A stretch of DNA of 63,989 bases, filler included, from Olpidium bornovanus S191 (lineage: Eukaryota > Fungi > Olpidiomycota): the NCBI GenBank assembly GCA_017911155.1. It is 27 parts of 27 records of this genome, joined end to end, with 100 filler letters (N's around TTAATTAATTAA, not from the genome) between each part and the next. Parts side by side here need not be neighbours in the genome. Positions count along the whole stretch, not along the records: positions 32,457 to 36,215 come from JAEFCI010009461.1; positions 36,316 to 38,842 come from JAEFCI010011151.1; positions 38,943 to 41,317 come from JAEFCI010005100.1; positions 41,418 to 46,777 come from JAEFCI010012544.1; positions 46,878 to 48,846 come from JAEFCI010004391.1; 22 more parts are not named here. One strand, given 5' to 3'. Below, piece after piece: positions 36,042 through 48,069 of the stretch. The notes under the pieces were generated by a model that saw only the letters and a program-made list of their open reading frames with translations, ran no database searches and was not told the origin of the DNA. The translations under genes were made by a program, and so were the position numbers. Each line of letters opens with the position of its first letter. Within the stretch, counting starts at the first letter, position 1.

Positions 36042-36215
36042 GGCATGGGCTTGCGCTCGGCCAGCTTCTTGGGTGGCATGAAAGATGCGTACAGCATGCT
36101 GACACCCCAAGAAAGCATCGTGACCTGAAGCTTATGTTGCTTCAGGAAAATGTCTAGCAGCTCCTCGAGGGTGACGTCTCCGTCGATCTCAAACCGGTCC
36201 CAGAGAGTCCAATCA
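36042..36215 (-). CDS. UBA1: Ubiquitin-activating enzyme E1, exon of the C-terminal ubiquitin-fold domain (absent from the ORF track)
   Basis: [54 protein letters not shown] followed by donor GTGAGT. Confidence 0.92.
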
Positions 36216-36324
36216 NNNNNNNNNNNNNNNNNNNNNNNNNNNNNNNNNNNNNNNNNNNNTTAATTAATTAANNNNNNNNNNNNNNNNNNNNNNNNNNNNN
36301 NNNNNNNNNNNNNNNCTCGTCTGC

Positions 36325-36359
<35 letters not shown>

Positions 36360-36365
36360 TGTTGC

Positions 36366-36409
<44 letters not shown>

Positions 36410-36459
36410 TCCTCTCACTCTCTCCCCTCTTTGTTTCCGTTTTCGTTCTGTGTCTCTGT

Positions 36460-36835
36460 GAGAGAAAGAGAAAGAGAGAAACAGAGAGAAAGAGAGAGAG
36501 AAAAAAAGAGAAAACGAGAAAAAAGAGAAAGAGAGAAAAAGAGAAAGAGAGAAAAGAGAAAAAGAAAAAGAGAAAGAGAAAAAGAGAAAAAGAGAACGAG
36601 AAAAAAGAGAGAGAAAGAGAGTTCCTTTCGCTGCCCGAGGGAGCGGAATGATATCGCGCGCCGCGCGCGTGAAAAAGAAAAAGAAAAAAAAGAGAAAGAG
36701 AAAAAAAGAGAAAGAGAAAAAGAAAAAAGAAAAAGAGAAAAAAAGAGAAAGAGAAAGAAAGAAAAAAAAGAACAAGCAAAAAAAAAAAAAAGAAAAAGAA
36801 AAACAAAAAAAAGAATAAAAGAAAAAAAGAAAAAG
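36460..36835. repeat. Purine-rich (GA/AAAAG) low-complexity tract
   Basis: About 370 nt consisting almost only of A and G. Confidence 0.9.
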
Positions 36836-36973
36836 GCCCCCACCTTATCCGTATCCGTCGTGGGGCCCCTCAGGGCCCTCCGCCCGCCCCGCTCCCAGAC
36901 CCGGACCGGGCGGCGAAACGCCAAAAAGGTGCTCCGCCCCGCCGCCCTGGGCGGGTGGAGGGCGGGCCGCAGT

Positions 36974-36980
36974 GTATAAA
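36974..36980 (+). promoter_or_regulatory. Candidate TATA box of the CreA-like gene
   Basis: GTATAAA in otherwise very GC-rich DNA, about 240 nt upstream of ATG 37219. Confidence 0.45.
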
Positions 36981-37218
36981 GGACGCGCCCGGGCCGCCCG
37001 GCTGGTTCGGTCGTCCGGCGCTCCGCCTCCCCGCCTCCGCCTCCGCCTCTCCCCCTCCTGGGCTCCCCCGCCCGCCCCGCCGCACCAACGCCGCCTCGCC
37101 TCGCCCCGCACCCCCCTCCCCCCCTTCCCCCCAGTCGGGTCCCTGCTCCGCCGCGGGATTTGCTCTCTTTCATTTGCGCCCGCTTCCCGCCGGCGCGCGT
37201 TTTGGACAACGTCGATCC

Positions 37219-38124
37219 ATGTCGCTGTTTCGCGTCGAGCGGCCGCCGCCGTCACCCGCCGCCGCCGCCGCCGCAGCCGCGGGCGGCCCCGGCGGCGGTA
37301 CGGCGCGGCCGTACGAGTGCCGCCTCTGCCGCCGCACGTTCCACCGGCTGGCGCACCTGACGCGCCACGCGAAGACGCACACCGGGGAGCGCCCGCACCG
37401 CTGCACGTTCGCCGGCTGCGACAGGCGCTTCAGCAGGTCCGACGAGCTCGTCCGCCACACCCGCATCCACACGAACCCCTGCCGGAGGGGCGGGTGGAGG
37501 GACGGCGGCGGCGGCGGCGGCGGTAGCGGCGGCGTGGGCCCGCCCGGCCGCTGCCCCGGCCCGAACATGTACCTGTCGTCGCCCGTCGCCCTGCATCCGC
37601 CACGCGCGCCGTCCGCCACGCCGCTCTCGCCTCCCTCGCCGCTGCCGCAGCCGCCGCCGCTGCAGAGCGCCTGCGTCTGCTGCCGGACCCCGCCGCCGCC
37701 GGAGAGCGCCTGCGTCTGCTGCCGGACCCCGCCGCCGTCGCCCCCCGAGCTCAAGTTCGTCGCCGTCAGGTTCCCTCCGCGCGCGGCGCGCGCCGCCGCC
37801 GCCGCCGCCGCCCGGTCCTCCCCGCCGCCGCCGCCCTCCCGTCCGCCCGCCGACGCCCCCGTCCGCAGCAGGCCGCTGCGCATCGCCGACATGCTGAACG
37901 CGGACGACGGCGCGGGCGATCTTCACGTTCCTCACCACGGCAGCGGCGCCCTGCGCTTCGGGCGGTGCTCCGAGGTCCCGGGACCGCCGCCGCCGCCGCC
38001 GCCGCCGAACCAGACGGCGTCGAGGGCGACCTCGCCGCCCGCGCCGCCCGCCTCGCCGCCGGGAGAACGATGGACGCTCCCTCCAATCACGTCGCTGCTG
38101 CAGCAGGCGTTTCTCGTCTGCTGA
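37219..38124 (+). CDS. creA: CreA/Mig1-family C2H2 carbon catabolite repressor, complete, single exon
   Basis: [58 protein letters not shown]; C-terminal LRIADMLN and TLPPITSLL motifs typical of CreA/Mig1. Confidence 0.85.
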   Translation: MSLFRVERPPPSPAAAAAAAAGGPGGGTARPYECRLCRRTFHRLAHLTRHAKTHTGERPHRCTFAGCDRRFSRSDELVRHTRIHTNPCRRGGWRDGGGGGGGSGGVGPPGRCPGPNMYLSSPVALHPPRAPSATPLSPPSPLPQPPPLQSACVCCRTPPPPESACVCCRTPPPSPPELKFVAVRFPPRAARAAAAAAARSSPPPPPSRPPADAPVRSRPLRIADMLNADDGAGDLHVPHHGSGALRFGRCSEVPGPPPPPPPPNQTASRATSPPAPPASPPGERWTLPPITSLLQQAFLVC

Positions 38125-38128
38125 GCGG

Positions 38129-38130
<2 letters not shown>

Positions 38131-38160
<30 letters not shown>
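38131..38160. repeat. (CT)n microsatellite just after the creA stop
   Basis: About 15 CT units. Confidence 0.95.
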
Positions 38161-38167
<7 letters not shown>

Positions 38168-38792
38168 CCCTCCCTGCGCATGCCTCTGCATACACACCCC
38201 ACACCACTGCCCATCTGCACCCCGTCCCTCCAGGGACCCCCGCATCGTCCCCCTTTCCACGGCAGAAATTCCACCCCATTTCCCCACTTTTTTTACATAC
38301 ATTGCCCTCACGCATACCCGCCCTCTACCCGGCAGCGGCACTCAACCAAAGAGCAATTCCGCCGCCGACGCCGCCGCTCACTATGCATCCTCCCCAAGGC
38401 GCGTCACGCTGAAATGATCTTCCGGCGTCCCAGCGCCGGGAGGGTTTTTCTTTTTTTTTTTGTTCCTGTTTAGTTTCTCAGCGGATCGCCGGTTTTTATA
38501 CCTTTTTTTATTTTTGTTCTTTTTTTGTTTGGAATAAACGGAATAAACGAGCAGACAGGGGGGTGGGGGGGGGAAGACAACGTGTCGTTTCGGAAGCACG
38601 CGCCGGGGAAAGGGGAGGTGGGGGGGGGGGGGGGGGGGGGGGGGGGGAAGGGCGGCTCTTTTCCGACCTGCTTTTCGGGGGAATTCCGTGGTTTTTTCCT
38701 TTTTTTTTTTTTTTTTTTTTGGTTTTCGTTTTTTTGTTTCTTTCTTTGGTTTCCTCCGGGGGGGGAAAGGGGAGGAAATTGGCAGAGGGGGG

Positions 38793-38824
<32 letters not shown>

Positions 38825-39704
38825 CCCCCCCCCCCGGAAACCNNNNNNNNNNNNNNNNNNNNNNNNNNNNNNNNNNNNNNNNNNNNTTAATTAATTAANN
38901 NNNNNNNNNNNNNNNNNNNNNNNNNNNNNNNNNNNNNNNNNNGGGGTGCCGGATTTTTTTTTTTTTCTTTTTCCGTCCTCGGCGAACCGAGGTGAGAAGA
39001 ATGCGAGGCAGAACCGCATCCTGCCCTTTCCCTTCCCGACCTTCCTCCCCGCCCGCCGGACGATCGTTTCGAACATGTCGCCCCCGCAGAGAGCCGGCTC
39101 CCCTCGTTCCCCTCTTTCCCGCGTTCGAGGTGCCCTCCTTCTCCTCCTCCTCCGCCTGGGCGGGCTGGCGCCCCTCTCCCCCCCCCACCCCCGCCGGGCT
39201 TCCCTTACTCTCGTCCTAACGCGTTCCGGCTTCTTGTTCCCAGAGCCCGCCCGGCCACGGATCATACCGTCGAAGCGGCCACCGCCACCCCGCTGACCCG
39301 GGGAACCGTCGGCGGGGACGCTGCGGACGCCGGCTGGTCGAAGGTGGCCGATGACGATGTCACACCTGGCGCAGCTCCGCGAGGTCCTCCCGCGAGTGGA
39401 CAGCCAGTCGCCGGCGCCCTGTCCGGTCTACTACCACCGCCACGTTGGGCAGGAAATGACCGGCGCTCTGGTTCAGGTGAGTGTGCGGAACCGAACCCGC
39501 GGTATTAAGATCGCCGGGGAGGTGGGGAGGGGGGAATGGCAGAAAGCCGTCGCCAATGGTTTGGACTGACGCGCGAACCCCTCTTTTTTTTTCTTTTCCT
39601 TTTCTTCCTTTTTCTTTTTTTTCTTATTTTTAATTTTCGCCCGACACGCCCACCCCCAGCCTCCAATTTACCAATCCTCGCCGACCGCATGCCCGCCGAT
39701 CGCC

Positions 39705-40932
39705 ATGGCTCCCGCGCCCCTGATGCCTATGGTTGCGATGGGCGTCGGCGCGCCGGGAAGGAGCGCGCAGGCCCCGGGGCGAGTCCGCAAGGAGCGCAAG
39801 AAGTACGCGCCGAACGCGTGCACCAACTGCCGCGCCCTCCACCTGTCGTGCGACGTGGTCCGCCCGTGCCCGCGGTGCGTCGCCAGCGGGAAGGGCGACT
39901 CGTGCGTGACCGTGTACAAGAAGCGCGGGCGCCCCACCAAGTCTTCGCAGGCCGACGCCGCGGGCGGCGTCGTCCGCGGCGGGCGCCCGGCGGCCGTGGA
40001 CGCGGGCGGGCCGGGAGCCGGCGTCGATCAGCAGCAGAGCGCGAGCGCCGGGGTTTCCGAGCAGCGGCCGCTGGCGTTTTTCGGGATCCCGGCCCCCGCC
40101 GCGTCGAACACGGACCGTCCGGGCTCGAAGCGCTCCGCCGCCGGCCCGCAGCAGCAGCAGCAGCAGCGGCGGCACGCGGCGGCGTCCCCCGGGGTGCAAT
40201 TCCCTTGGGACCCGGCGGCGGCGGCGCCGGGGATGCCGGCTCAAGTCGTCTGCAACCCCGCGGGCACCGCGTACCCCGTGATGCCGGGCGTGGAACCATC
40301 CGTGCCCGCTCTGTATCCGCCGCACGTCCGCACGGCGTACGCCGGCCACGTGCAGCCCATCTACTTCCCGGCAGGCGCGGGCTACGTTCCGCCGAGCACT
40401 TACCCGTCGCCGTTGTTCCCGGCGGGCATCCCGGCGGTCGTGCCCCCCGCGGCCCAAGCGTCGCTCTCGAGCTCGCGCGCCAGCAAGAAGGCGCGCTTGG
40501 GGAAGCTCTCCTCCGAGGTGTCGGGCGGTTCGGTCGGAGGAGGATTCCCCCCGGAGTCCGCGGTCATGAGCCCCGTGCAGCACCGGGTCGACAACGGGTG
40601 GTCGTTGCCTTCCCCGACGTTCACATACACCGCCGGTCCGGTGAACCACGTGGCCTCCGCCGCCCCGTACCCGTACTGCACGCATCCCCAGCCCGAGTAC
40701 TACGCGATGAACACATTCCACGTCCTCCACCATTCCGGGCAGCCGCAGGCCGCTGCGCTCCCGGGGGCTCAGTATCTCCAGTTGGTCCAGACGCCGTCGC
40801 CGGCGATCCCGTCCGGCCAGCCGGCGCTGTTGCCGCGAACGCCGCAGTCCGCGCCCGTCTCAAATCTCGCGAACGTCCGGCCCGTTTCCGCTCCGCCCGC
40901 CGAGGCGAGCGTTCTGGCTCTGAAAACATCAA
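39705..40932 (+). CDS. Zn(II)2Cys6 binuclear cluster transcription factor, partial
   Basis: KKYAPNACTNCRALHLSCDVVRPCPRCVASGKGDSCVTVYKKRGRP (six-Cys pattern); Pro/Ala/Gln-rich region; donor GTAAGC at 40933. Confidence 0.92.
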
Positions 40933-41019
40933 GTAAGCCACCGGCGCACGTACTCCACCTCACCACGTTCCTTGGGTTCTCCGACTTTCCTTTTTTTTTT
41001 TTTTTTTGTTCGCCTTGCT

Positions 41020-41029
41020 TTTCGTTTTT

Positions 41030-41064
<35 letters not shown>

Positions 41065-41151
41065 TTTTTTTTTTTGTTCGCCTTGCTTTTCGTTTTTGTT
41101 TTCGTTTTCGTTTTTGTTTTCGTTTTCGTTTTCGTTTTCGTCTTCGTTTTC

Positions 41152-41155
<4 letters not shown>
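41020..41155. repeat. (TTTTCG)n microsatellite with a duplicated block, intronic
   Basis: Runs of TTTTCG; block TTGTTCGCCTTGCTTTTCGTTTTTG occurs twice (about 41005 and 41074). Confidence 0.9.
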
Positions 41156-41228
<73 letters not shown>

Positions 41229-42824
41229 GTTTTTCCTTTCCTTTCCCTTTTTATTTTTTGGTGTTTTGCGTCGGGGGTCCTTTGCCGCTTATCCTCCTTG
41301 AATCCTTACGGCGCCCANNNNNNNNNNNNNNNNNNNNNNNNNNNNNNNNNNNNNNNNNNNNTTAATTAATTAANNNNNNNNNNNNNNNNNNNNNNNNNNN
41401 NNNNNNNNNNNNNNNNNCATGGTTAGACCGTCGCAAAAATAGAAAAGCCAATTGACTGGGACTGCAGCTCCGCCTTGTTGTGGGAGGACTCAGGATCTTT
41501 GGAGCGGAACACAGATACAAACGGATCACCTTATCAGCACCAACTCGATTGAGGACCCGAAAACCCCCGTGTCTTGCTTTTTTGTCGGATTTGCTTCGCC
41601 GCTGCTCCGCGACCTGCTGCCGCGAACTTTTTCACCTGCTACGATGCTTCACTCGCAGTCGTTGTCATCAGAGAGCGTCCCAGGCAAAGACCTCCCTTGT
41701 GCAGGAGAAACGGCAGATTTCATTTGCGTTTCCACCCTCAAGTTACACGTTCTGCTCAAGCCTACGGCAATAACCACCTGACCTTGGCCAGCATAGATCT
41801 ACCTTTCACCGGCCCAAACGCGACGCCCCGACGATTCCAAATCAACGCTGCCTTCCGCCTTGCGCACAGCCCGTCGTCCCTTAGCAGCTCACCTAACAAC
41901 CCGGGGGCGCGCCCGTGCAATTTACGATCACGAACGCGCGAATTCTTGTGGTTCGCGTTGACGACTAACTGGAAGCGCGTCGTCTTTTTGCTTTTCCCCA
42001 TCGGGTAAGCAGTCCTCGCGGTCCTTTGCGGTCCATTGCTGTCCGTTGTTGTCGTTCCGTGGATGTGCTGTGCAAAGGGGTTGCCATGGGTATGATGTAT
42101 TTTCCGGTTACGTAAATACACATTTTCATTATATTTTTATTCTGAACTTTCATTGGTTCAAGGCCCTCGGGTCGTGGATCCACCGTGGCAGCTCTCTTGA
42201 CAATCAGATTGAGCGGGCCGGCAAAGGGAAGGTATCGTGCACGATAAGGTTTTTGCCAAGGATTGTGGGGGTATAGGTATCCTATCGTGCTGTAAAATTT
42301 CGGCAAGATTACCATCAGAATAAACGAATACTGTTTTGCATACTGTAGGATGCTCTTACCGATCATGTGATCAAACCTGCCTCTGGCCTCGGCGGGGACA
42401 GACGCAAACACCCCCAAATAGACAAAAAAAAAAAATAAGGGTCGTGGCGCGTCTCCTTGCGTCTTCCGCGCAGTTTCCTGGGCTGCTGCCTCGTCGCGAC
42501 ACGTTATCAGCACAACCGCTCGCTCTCCTTTCGCTCCCTCCTGAAGCTTTCCCCCGAAGCTTCCCTACGCCATTCCGCTCTTCTCGTTTGCTCGTTTCCC
42601 TCGCCTTTCCCCGTCGTGCTGCGGGCGTGACGTCAATGCATTTTTTTTTTTTCACTTTTCGCCTCGTCAAGCCGCGCTCCCGAAGACAAGAAGCACGTTG
42701 TTTTTTTTTTCCTCTACTTCCCTCGTCATGCTGTATGCAGCGACGTACACGTATTAGGGGGTGTCAAACCACAGGTGATACGGCCGTCAAAGAACTGGTG
42801 ATACGGAGGGTCAGCGATGGCCCC

Positions 42825-43097
42825 GTATCACCGGTGATAGATCCTATCGACCACCTCTGGATTTCACGAGCTGCGCCGACAGAAAATCGGGGCCCCTCCC
42901 AGCTCCTTGGGCCACTCCACCGCATGGGGTCCCTCCCAGCTCCTTGGGTCTATACACCGCATGGGGCACCTCCCATCTCCCTGGGCCACCGGCTCATCGA
43001 GTCCTCCTTCCGGGCAACGAGCAAACTTAATACTGTCCGAATGGCGAGGGATCCAACTTGGAGGAGGTGGATCGATGGGACCTATCACCGGTGATAC
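42825..43097. mobile_element. MITE-like unit bounded by ~33-bp imperfect inverted repeats, each containing the palindrome TATCACCGGTGATA
   Basis: Left GTATCACCGGTGATAGATCCTATCGA-CCACCTC vs reverse complement of right arm GTATCACCGGTGATAGGTCCCATCGATCCACCTC (2 mismatches, 1 gap); three ~36-bp internal direct repeats; no TSD found. Confidence 0.55.
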
Positions 43098-44034
43098 CGT
43101 GTGATGGCAGCTTCTGGGACTCAGTCTCGCCTTTGGAAGTCCAAAGCTAGCCCAGCAAGCCCAGCAAAAATCTGTGTTGGTGTTTGCTTTTCGGCACTGT
43201 GGGCACAGGTCCTCTTCCAAGTCCTTGAGACCGTCACGTTGCCGGAGGCCCTCGAGGTTCTGCTTGCTGATCAGGAGGGGCTGCAAGTGTGGGCCGAGGC
43301 ATTCATCAAGTGGCAGGCTGTGCGCGCTGTCTGGGCTGCTCTTGGGGTAATGCTGCTCCGCCACCGAGACCGCTTTCCAAAAGTGTGTGGTTCCTGGGGT
43401 TCGTGTGAGAAACCCGGCCGCCCAAATGCCACGGTTGCTCGACGTCACGGTGCTCTAGTTTGCCTTGTTCGTCCCTCCAACACGGCTCTGCGCTCCCGGT
43501 GCCTGGGGAAGTTTATGTTGAGCTTGCCGGGCACGCTGTCGTCGTCAAAGTGCCTCCCGTTGGCGTATCTGAGGGACCGGGATCCGGAGCGGCAGATCCG
43601 TCACGTGCTGGATCTTCGACGAGGAAACCATGGCCATCATCGGGGGCTTCAGCGGAGGCTTTGCATCGGCCACAATAGCCAACCGCTGGCTGCGCTGGTG
43701 CCAGGTCCTGCTTACGTCCCAGCTGGGAGTAAGCAGCAGCACCTGCCGGCAGCACCTCGCCGGGGGAAAAATGGCCGGGTTTGGAACCACAAGCATCCAA
43801 GGGGTGCGGGAACTCCAACAGTACTTGGCGAAGCCGGCCTGCGTAAAAAGCCTGAGGCGTTAACAATGCGTGCCAACTGTGCAGTGCAGCATGGGCTTGC
43901 CGCGAGCTCCTCGTACATGTGGAAGCCCATGACTTGGCCTGAGCGACGACCTGGCCGAGTTTTATCGGTCTTTTCCGAATGTGCCGCCGCCAATGAGGGC
44001 AGCCCATAACTACCAGGCGGGTCTTTGCTTTGCT

Positions 44035-44069
<35 letters not shown>

Positions 44070-44223
44070 GGAAAAGCTTGGCCAATTGTTATGACGCACA
44101 TTTTCCTTGACGTAATGATGGAACCCTCAGGCACGCTGAGCCTTCGGGCAATGATGACTCCGAAATCCCCAAGGTTGAGCCTGAAACCGATCGAGCCGCG
44201 CGGCTGCCTGAGACGACTGAGGT

Positions 44224-44610
44224 TTAAGCCCGGGTGAGTGTCGCTTCAAACGCCACGATTGCTTCACGCACGTTGTCTAAGTTACGCTCATCTTCCCATG
44301 TTGCTTCCGATTAGCCGTATCGAAGAAGAGGTATTGCTTTTTACCTTGCTGAACGTGCTTCCCAATGATTGCTTCAAACTCGTGCTCATCGTTCTCTCGG
44401 CACCTGGGTGGATGATCCTTCCTTGTCCTGGGTCGTTGCGCCTCCGCAGGAGCGAGACCGGGTGGATCTGAGCGAAACGGAAAGGGATCAGAGTGAAACA
44501 GGACAGAGGTTTAGAGTGTAATTGCTCCGCTGCTCCGCTTCCCAGCTGCTCATCTTTGTTGGTAATGAGAAGGGTGTATAAATGGCGCGACGTATTTGCG
44601 GGAGAGCAGG
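44224..44610 (-). mobile_element. Chromovirus (Ty3/gypsy) relic: integrase GPY/F module and chromodomain, frameshifted
   Basis: Across frames: LSRKYVAPFI, NYTLNL, IHPVSLLRR, DEHEFEAIIGKHVQQGKKQYL, EATWEDERNLDNVREAIVAFEATLTRA-stop. Confidence 0.85.
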
Positions 44611-45979
44611 TGGTGGCGGTTGAAGTTAGGTGGTGTACCTGAAGCCGAATAGTGTGCGTGTGCCAATGGGGAAAGGGAGAGAGAGAGAAAAAGTTCTGGG
44701 CCTGTGCAAAAAAAAAAAGATGCGCGCGCCCGCGATGCTGCCAATGAAGGGGAAAGAAAAAGAGAGGCGGCCGTGCGCGGTCAGCCCGTAAACGCCATAG
44801 TGCAAAAGCGGTCAGGTCCAGTTCAACGCCGCCTTCCGCTGCCACCCCTGCCTTCTGACGGCCGCATTCCTTCTGATGGTTGCAAAAAAAAAAAAAAAAC
44901 CCCCCTGGTGCGCGCCCTGGTGTCGGAGGGGAGCCTTGCCCCCCCATGCACGGCCGGGTCACGTGACCAGGTCCTTACGTAGCTATACCCCCACCAAAGC
45001 CTTGCACGAGGCCCCCCCCCGGCTCGATTTCCTTTCCGAACGAACATGCAAAAATGCAAACAAAGGAAAGAACCCACCTGCCTTCGGCTGCCTTGCGACC
45101 GTGATGCCTGCGTCGGCACGCTCCTTGGAACAAGGCAGAGTTGTCGACGGGGGACAAGGTAGAGAGAGAAGGCGCTTCGACCCGTCCTTCAAAGGGTCCG
45201 TCGGGAGGCCCAGTAAGGCATCGGCACTAGGGAACGCCGCGTGTTGCCCGAAAGAGGAAAGAACGTCCCGTGTCCCGCCCGCGCCCGTCCCTTCACAGCA
45301 AGGGCCCTAGCCATCCCGTCGCCCTGCCACCCCTCGAGAGAGGATTTATATTCCTCGACACCGGTACCAGGGCCGAAAGAAGCTCTTGAGACCCCAACCT
45401 AAGAGTTTGAAAGCCAAGCCTCTGTGCGCCACAACCACCCCAGTTGCGTACCCCAACAACGAAGAAGAAAAAAAACAGGCACCATGACGAAAGGATACGC
45501 GTTGACGGCCGTGCGTGCAGCCGCCAAGCTGCAGGCTGAACAGAAAAAAGCCTGATCCGAGATTCTGAAAACTGGAACGCTGGATGACATGCATGGGTTC
45601 GTCAAGAAAGAAGGGCTCGGAAAGTTCAAAGGCAAAACAAAGGGCGGCAAGTAATGAACGTGCTACTCCCAGCCAGCTGGAAGGGAGGCTGCAAGCTTAC
45701 CAACCGTTCATTGTTGTTCTTAGAGGCGGAGAAGCACTACCTTATTGTTGACGTAGATTACGCCCCGCCGGTCACGTGACCACGCACATAAGCGCCACGC
45801 ACACCGCACTCCTTCCCCTCCTCCCTCTCTTCTCCTCTCGTAACCAATAACAAACAATAGGAACGTGACCGCGTCAAAAGAGAGAGCTCTACGCTGTCCG
45901 CGTCAGGTTATGAGCCCAAGCTGGACGTGAGCCCTCCCCGAAGGCGACAAACCAAACCGGGCGTGTACTCCCCGGTCAT

Positions 45980-46285
45980 CCGCCCGCCACCGCCGCGCGC
46001 AACCGCCGCGCGCCCGCCGCCGCCGCCGCGCAACCGCCGCGCGCCACCGCCGCCGCCGCCGCTGCGGTCATCCTTCCGGTCATCCCTGCGTGCATCTTTG
46101 AGCGCAAGGACTTCCTTCCGCCGCCGCCGGCGCAACCGCGCGCATCCTTCCGCCGTCGCCGGCGCAACCGCACACTTTACGCCATCGCCGGCGCAACCGC
46201 GCGCATCCTTCCGCCGCCGCAGGTGCCACCGCGCGCGCATCCTACCGCGCGCATCCTTCCGCCGGGCGCCGGCGCAACCGCAGTC
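45980..46285. repeat. GC-rich degenerate repeat array (GCATCCTTCCGCCG...GGCGCAACCGC units)
   Basis: GCATCCTTCC at 46142, 46203 and 46251; GGCGCAACCGC repeated. Confidence 0.8.
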
Positions 46286-46878
46286 ATCCAGCCACAATGC
46301 AAAAGCAAAACAAGGTCCGCGCGTCGTCAGCAGCGCCAACCAGCAGGTCGGCATCTGTCGGCGGCCCGATACAGACACGCAGCAGGACGGCAAGAGCAGC
46401 AACTGCAGCTCACGCTTCTTCGTCAGCTGCGCCTACGCCCCGCACAGGGACAGTCGGAGTGACGTTCAACCCGAGCGCCATTGTCGACAACAGCAAGGAG
46501 AGCACCCTCGGATTTGGTTTCACTACGTCCGACACGCCGTGCCCTCCGCCTACACTCCCTGGTGGCTTCCCTTCAGGTCTGACCCCTGCGTCAACGGCTG
46601 CGCCACATTTTCTGGTTACCCTGCCACGCGGGTTCTTCCCAGGATGCCTGCAGTCACTTCCTGACGAGCTCGGGAACCGTCTGCACATCAAACCCACCAT
46701 CGCTGGACAGGCTGTTAGTGAGGAGCGCGTTGCAGAGCGAGTCCCTGGTGATGAACCGTCGCAAGACACCGCACATGNNNNNNNNNNNNNNNNNNNNNNN
46801 NNNNNNNNNNNNNNNNNNNNNTTAATTAATTAANNNNNNNNNNNNNNNNNNNNNNNNNNNNNNNNNNNNNNNNNNNNG

Positions 46879-46922
<44 letters not shown>

Positions 46923-47425
46923 AAACAAAAACGCGTCTTCCGAAAAGGCGAGGCGGGGGAAGGGCGAGGGAAGAGGGGGGGCCAGGGAGGTGATTTTGCC
47001 GCGTCTCGCCGCGCGTGTGCTGCGGCGGGCGGGCGCGGAGAAAGGGAAGAGGGCGAACCGGGGGGGGGGAAGGGAGGGAGGCGCGGGACGTGAGGAGCGA
47101 AAGGCGGGCGCGTTTAACAGCGTTAACGACGACGACAATCGACAACAAACAACAACAAACAACCAAAAAAAATAAAATGTCCCGGCGGCGCCGCGTCGGC
47201 CCCGCCGCCGCGACCCGCCGCCGCGCGCGCGCGGGCCCCCCTTAAGCTCTGCGCGGAAACCGCGTGGGGTTCGCACCTAACGATGAGACCTTGGTGAATT
47301 TCTTTTTCTCTCACGCCGGCGAACGGGGGGCGGCACTCGGTCAAACCCGTTCCGTAGATTCAGCGAGGGGCGTGTAGCCGGCAGTAAAAGCACAAATTTG
47401 AAACATGTCCGGGCGTCTGTTTCTG

Positions 47426-47426
47426 C

Positions 47427-47460
<34 letters not shown>
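47426..47460. repeat. (GA)n microsatellite
   Basis: About 17 GA units. Confidence 0.95.
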
Positions 47461-47466
<6 letters not shown>

Positions 47467-48069
47467 TCGCTTTTTCGGAACTTCCGGCGGTAAACTGGGG
47501 GGCGTGTCGTTCGCGCGCGAATTTTTGTCGGAGCTGATGGTATTCATAATCCGAGGAGATTAGCGATGAATAATTTCGCAGGGTTTGTCACGCGCGGAAT
47601 TCGATGACGTGAAAAACGCAGTCGGGTCGGAACGGGGTTGCTCTGCCCTGTGGTCCTGCGGGAAGAATTGATCGACACTTCGTCCAAACGGCCAACAGCC
47701 CGGAGCGCGTAGTCCTTGCGGCTTTGGCTTCCCGGATTGCAAAAGGCTGGTTTTGTGAGAGTCGTAGCATCACCGAACGAATTTTTTTTTGGGGGGGGAG
47801 GGGGGAGCAACAACCTTTCTCCGCCCTCGCCCTTCTTTCCCCTTCCTCTTTTCTCTTCCCGAAACCAAACCAAAAATAAAAAGGCAACGGCGAGCTCCCG
47901 TCAGAGAAGTCTTTCTTCCGTAGAGACTGTCCTCTGGCCCGGCATCCTTCCGCGCGCGCCATCCTTCTGCGCGCCGCAACCTTCTGCGCGCAGCCGCCTT
48001 CTTCACAAACCCTTGCCTCTCTATTTTCTGGAAAGTTCGGCTTGTCCCCTGAAGCTACGAAGGACCTGA

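Noticed and set aside
40934-41369. Phe/Val-rich 'transmembrane' ORFs from TTTTCG and poly-T tracts, and ORFs extending into N runs
   Set aside because: Translation of intronic microsatellites and spacer Ns.
42826-42839. TATCACCG as a lambda-type phage operator or prophage remnant
   Set aside because: Only a half-site match; no phage genes; better explained as a TE terminal repeat.
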